Source of the DNA: Rhodosorus marinus CCMP1338
Taxonomy: Eukaryota > Plantae > Rhodophyta
DNA: 64,000 nucleotides
Direction of reading: 5' to 3'
NCBI GenBank assembly: GCA_029953675.1
Contig: JAMWBK010000006.1
Coordinates: 558,001 to 622,000, forward strand
The notes under the pieces were generated by a model, which had not been told where the DNA came from, made no database searches, and was given only the letters and a program-made list of their open reading frames with translations. This document shows positions 60,740 through 64,000 of this stretch, one piece after another (position 1 is the first letter of the stretch; the number at the start of each line of letters is the position of its first letter). The position numbers and the translations under genes were made by a program.

Positions 60740-63223
60740 CTACTGAAGATTGCATCCTTTCATCCGCTTGCCCATTTTCTCTTCCGTTGAAGAATTAGAG
60801 GACGAGACCGGCCGACTGCGCTTCTGTTGCTTCGGCCCGGACTTCATCACGCGAGACCAACCAGCTTTTGACGCGCTCGTCCGAGCAGCACGCCCTGATT
60901 TCGATCTATGCCTCACGATAGAGCTGAACGGCCTTAGCTCTTGTAGCGTCTTTTTCCTTGACTTTCCGGAGACGATAGGTTTTGATTCGATGTCGGTATC
61001 GCTTTCAGAATCTACCTTCCTTAGCCCAGATCTTTTCTGGGCAAACTGCGCAGCTAGCTCTGATGATGATGGTATTTGAACATGGACTCCCTCACGAGAA
61101 TCTCCTGATTCGCCCTCCAGCGGTGAGTCAAGTCGGTGGTTACCAGTCTCGCCACGATTCTGCGACTTCTGAGCAGAGTTTTTAAGGCCCTTCGAGGGTC
61201 CGTTACGGGTTCTCTTGATGAGCTCATGTCCTCGTCGCTCTTCAAGGTCTCCCGCTGCTGCTTGGTTCTCCGGTTCCATCTTATCAGTAATCTGTTGCAC
61301 GTTCTCCCTCTGTTCCATGCGTTCCGTATGCTCGGTCCGTTCCGCCTGTTCGGTCCTTTCCGTCTGCCCGGTCCTTTCCGTCTGCCCGGTCCTTTCCGTC
61401 TGCTCGGTCCTTTCCGTTTGCTCGGTCCTTTCCGCCTGCTCGGTCCTTTCCGCCTGCTCCTTTTGCTCTGTCCGTTCCGTCTGTTCCGTCTCCTCTGTCA
61501 GTTCCGTCTGTTCTCCCGTCTGTTCTCCCTGTCCCGTCTGTTCCGTTTGTCCGGTCTCCCCTAGCTGCTCAGCATGTTCCGTAACCTGTGTCTGCTTCGA
61601 CGGGTCTCCTCTTTCTGAGGGCTCAAGCCTCTGATTTGCGACTGGGCGACCTCCGTTTTCCCTAGACTCTTTTTCCGATCTGTTCATGATATCTTCTGCA
61701 TATTCTTGCTGTGTTAGGGCGATCGCGTCTGGATATAGCTCTTCATCTCCGACTTTCAAGCCGTCTTCGGTGTCTGTCGAAGACTCTTGAGTCCCGAGAA
61801 TGTTTGCCGAGACTACCGCCCCTGCGCTGCTTGCGCTGGTCAGGTGTTGCCCTTCAGTTGGGTTTGCAAACGCCATTAGTGATACAGCTTTGGGTGCAGC
61901 AAGATCCTGAGCTGGGCCGAAATCCTCGGACAACTCATCCCGGGTCTGAAATCTGACAGTGATTCCACGCATTGAAGATGCTCCAGGCGGCATGTCATCC
62001 CTCTTGAGATCAGCTGACCTCGTTGCTATCCGAGGAACTGTGCCTGACGAGTCACTAGATTCGCGCAAGATCTGTGACTTTTGAACGCCAGCACCTGATA
62101 CTTGCGTATTCCTGGTTTCTATTCTATCGCCCTCAGCTTCTTCCCTCTGCGATGCGCTTGGAGGAGGCTCCCTCTGATTACGTTCAGTTGATAACGGAGC
62201 GGCGGATGACGCCATCTGAGACGCTTTGACGTACTTTTCATCAATTTCTTGTCGAAAATTTTCCGCAACTTGGGTGTCGGCAGCTCCATTATTCTGCGCT
62301 TGTCTCTCTTTTGTGACCACGGGTCTTCCAAGGAGGTATTGGGTCTCCAGCTCTGGATACTCAGACTCTGCTTCAGCAAGAGATGGTTTAGCACGAAGAA
62401 GAAGCAAAGGCAAACCCTCAAGTTGTTGTGGGGCATAGTTCATACCTAAATCTTCGACCGCAATTGGTTCACCATTAGCTTTAATTAAGTCACCATTCTG
62501 CTCAGAACCTGATGAAGACATGGCTACAAGTTCGAGCACAGCTCTGTTGCCGTCAAAGGATGGATTCTGCTCGGCTGACCGAAAGGGCTCATCTATCTTG
62601 CCCGTTCCGATTCCCATTGTTCGATGGTAGCGTTCTGTCCAGTAGTTGTCTAATTTACCCCGAAACCGGTTCTCCAAAGCCTGAAGGGGTGCAAGCATAG
62701 TCGCCACCCCCCTCACAAGCTTTGTCAAACCGAGGCCCTCTAGAACCTCGCGTAACTCCGGATCCTGTTCAATGGGAGTAGGAGATTCCATTTCCACAAG
62801 TACGTCACTGCCCCAAACCCACAAGCTTTCGATCATCAGTTGGAGATCATTGTCGGAGCCCGAAATTCGAATGCAGAACCAGAACTTCTTCGGTATGACA
62901 ATCTTCCCTGCGAGGGTCTCGAAGCTGTAGCCCAACGTGTCGGGGTCCATTGTGTTTTTACACTCCTCCGAAAGCTTTGCCCACATTGTGTATTGTCCAT
63001 CGAACAAAAGCATTCTACCCTCCTCCGGAACAACTGTAAGGACCTGGCAGTGGAGCACACGCCCAGGTCCATATTTGACTTCCAACCTGAACTCCTCTGG
63101 AGTTAACCTTGTCGCATCGGACCGAGTCGCAACCTCCACAAGTAAACTCTTGATCCATGGCCGCCTAAGTAGCGAAGGATCACGAAATTGCTTTCCAGGC
63201 ATGGTACCACCCCCTCCAACCAT
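60740..63223 (-). CDS. Intronless protein with N-terminal TPP1/Est3-like OB fold and long disordered S/TQ-rich tail
   Basis: Single uninterrupted ORF (first ATG 63223). N-domain LLRRPWIKSLL..CQVLTV..LLFDGQYTMWAKLS..SFETLAGKIVI..DLQLMIESL matches the TPP1 OB motif order. CDS well supported; homology less so. Confidence 0.75.
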   Translation of the reverse strand: MVGGGGTMPGKQFRDPSLLRRPWIKSLLVEVATRSDATRLTPEEFRLEVKYGPGRVLHCQVLTVVPEEGRMLLFDGQYTMWAKLSEECKNTMDPDTLGYSFETLAGKIVIPKKFWFCIRISGSDNDLQLMIESLWVWGSDVLVEMESPTPIEQDPELREVLEGLGLTKLVRGVATMLAPLQALENRFRGKLDNYWTERYHRTMGIGTGKIDEPFRSAEQNPSFDGNRAVLELVAMSSSGSEQNGDLIKANGEPIAVEDLGMNYAPQQLEGLPLLLLRAKPSLAEAESEYPELETQYLLGRPVVTKERQAQNNGAADTQVAENFRQEIDEKYVKASQMASSAAPLSTERNQREPPPSASQREEAEGDRIETRNTQVSGAGVQKSQILRESSDSSGTVPRIATRSADLKRDDMPPGASSMRGITVRFQTRDELSEDFGPAQDLAAPKAVSLMAFANPTEGQHLTSASSAGAVVSANILGTQESSTDTEDGLKVGDEELYPDAIALTQQEYAEDIMNRSEKESRENGGRPVANQRLEPSERGDPSKQTQVTEHAEQLGETGQTEQTGQGEQTGEQTELTEETEQTERTEQKEQAERTEQAERTEQTERTEQTERTGQTERTGQTERTEQAERTEHTERMEQRENVQQITDKMEPENQAAAGDLEERRGHELIKRTRNGPSKGLKNSAQKSQNRGETGNHRLDSPLEGESGDSREGVHVQIPSSSELAAQFAQKRSGLRKVDSESDTDIESKPIVSGKSRKKTLQELRPFSSIVRHRSKSGRAARTSASKAGWSRVMKSGPKQQKRSRPVSSSNSSTEEKMGKRMKGCNLQ
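61331..61456. repeat. Coding minisatellite: seven near-identical 18-bp units encoding (E/G)Q(T/A)ERT
   Basis: Units such as ctcggtcctttccgtctg at 61331, 61349, 61367, 61385, 61403, 61421 and 61439; degenerate 9/18-bp units continue to about 61560. Confidence 0.95.
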
Positions 63224-63656
63224 GCTCCTTTTTCTATCGATTCCTATCGACGGAAAAAAAAAACCAAACCAAAGCTCCGGGCTCAATCCCTACGATCATC
63301 CACACACGAAGACGAAGCAAAGGTGCTAAACACCTTCAGCTGCGTCGCATCCGTCGAGACCAAACATCATCCTCCGATAACTTGCTTCCCATACAAAGTC
63401 TCAACGGCTCCTCGATTTTCCCACTCCTAAACCCTGGACAAGCACTAGCACCTCATGAAAGCTACATCACAACAAATTTTTCAAATATCGACTCGGTACG
63501 TCGTCGCTTTCAGTTCACAAGCACATTGATGTCGTTCCTCCCAAACCGTTCATGAAGGATTGAGACATTGCCTTCTCCTCTTCCAACTCCGAGAGGCGAA
63601 AGGTAGTTCCCGCTAAAACAACTTCCTTCCAAAACCATTTGCTTGAAGGAATTGAG

Positions 63657-64000
63657 TCATAGCAGTTCCTGTTCCACGCGAGGAAGTTCGTTCTCAACCA
63701 AACCGACGTCCTTTTTGGGGGCAAGAGGAGATGTACTGAGAAATCTATCCATCTCTCTTGCCTGAAATTCGAACCCATCAGCCTTTCCTTCCTTACGTTT
63801 TAGGAATCTCTTGTTCAAAGCTTGGCGCAAACTATCGCGTTGTGGCACATTGCGACTCTGTTCATACGAAACGAAAACGGTTTTTGGTACCTCCAGACAG
63901 TTCATGAAAACGAATGGATCTTTCCGCTTGACAAGCTGGATTCTCTCAGAAGAGACAACAAGATCTTCTCTTACTAAAAGATATCTTAATAGGCGGCAAG
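63657..64000 (-). CDS. 3' part of an unidentified gene entering from the window edge
   Basis: Minus frame open from the window end (CRLLRYLLVREDLVV..FMNCLEVPK..EQELL*) to 63657. Confidence 0.45.
   Translation of the reverse strand, partial: CRLLRYLLVREDLVVSSERIQLVKRKDPFVFMNCLEVPKTVFVSYEQSRNVPQRDSLRQALNKRFLKRKEGKADGFEFQAREMDRFLSTSPLAPKKDVGLVENELPRVEQELL

Overview
Compact, gene-dense eukaryotic nuclear DNA with short GT-AG introns (mostly about 60-130 bp). Several proteins carry N-terminal plastid transit peptides of the red-algal type (MAGFV.., MAFLV.., MACFV.., METGFV..), so the source is most likely a unicellular red alga (inference). Confident genes: PNKP, RPL35, a WBP2-like GRAM protein, plastid CPN20, SmD3, a CRIB-domain PAK/STE20 kinase, MAD2, a plastid GIY-YIG-like protein, NF-YC, two tandem ELMO-domain paralogs, FEN1, a SIZ1/PIAS-like SUMO ligase, SPF45, a DUF4864-like plastid protein, eIF3e, a ~1,940-aa coiled-coil protein, RPS14, a HAT-repeat plastid protein, a small plastid membrane protein and an intronless protein with a TPP1/Est3-like OB fold. 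Several small spliced genes could not be resolved. No rRNA, tRNA, CRISPR array or intact mobile element was found. Top leads: (1) a candidate shelterin TPP1/Est3 homologue; (2) a shared two-motif promoter module (TATGACGTC + TCGACGGCC) at both ribosomal-protein genes; (3) an ELMOD duplicate that has lost the predicted catalytic arginine; (4) a duplication-inversion-duplication scar with a perfect 30-bp hairpin next to a G-quadruplex repeat. Exon models were built by eye and are not transcript-validated.
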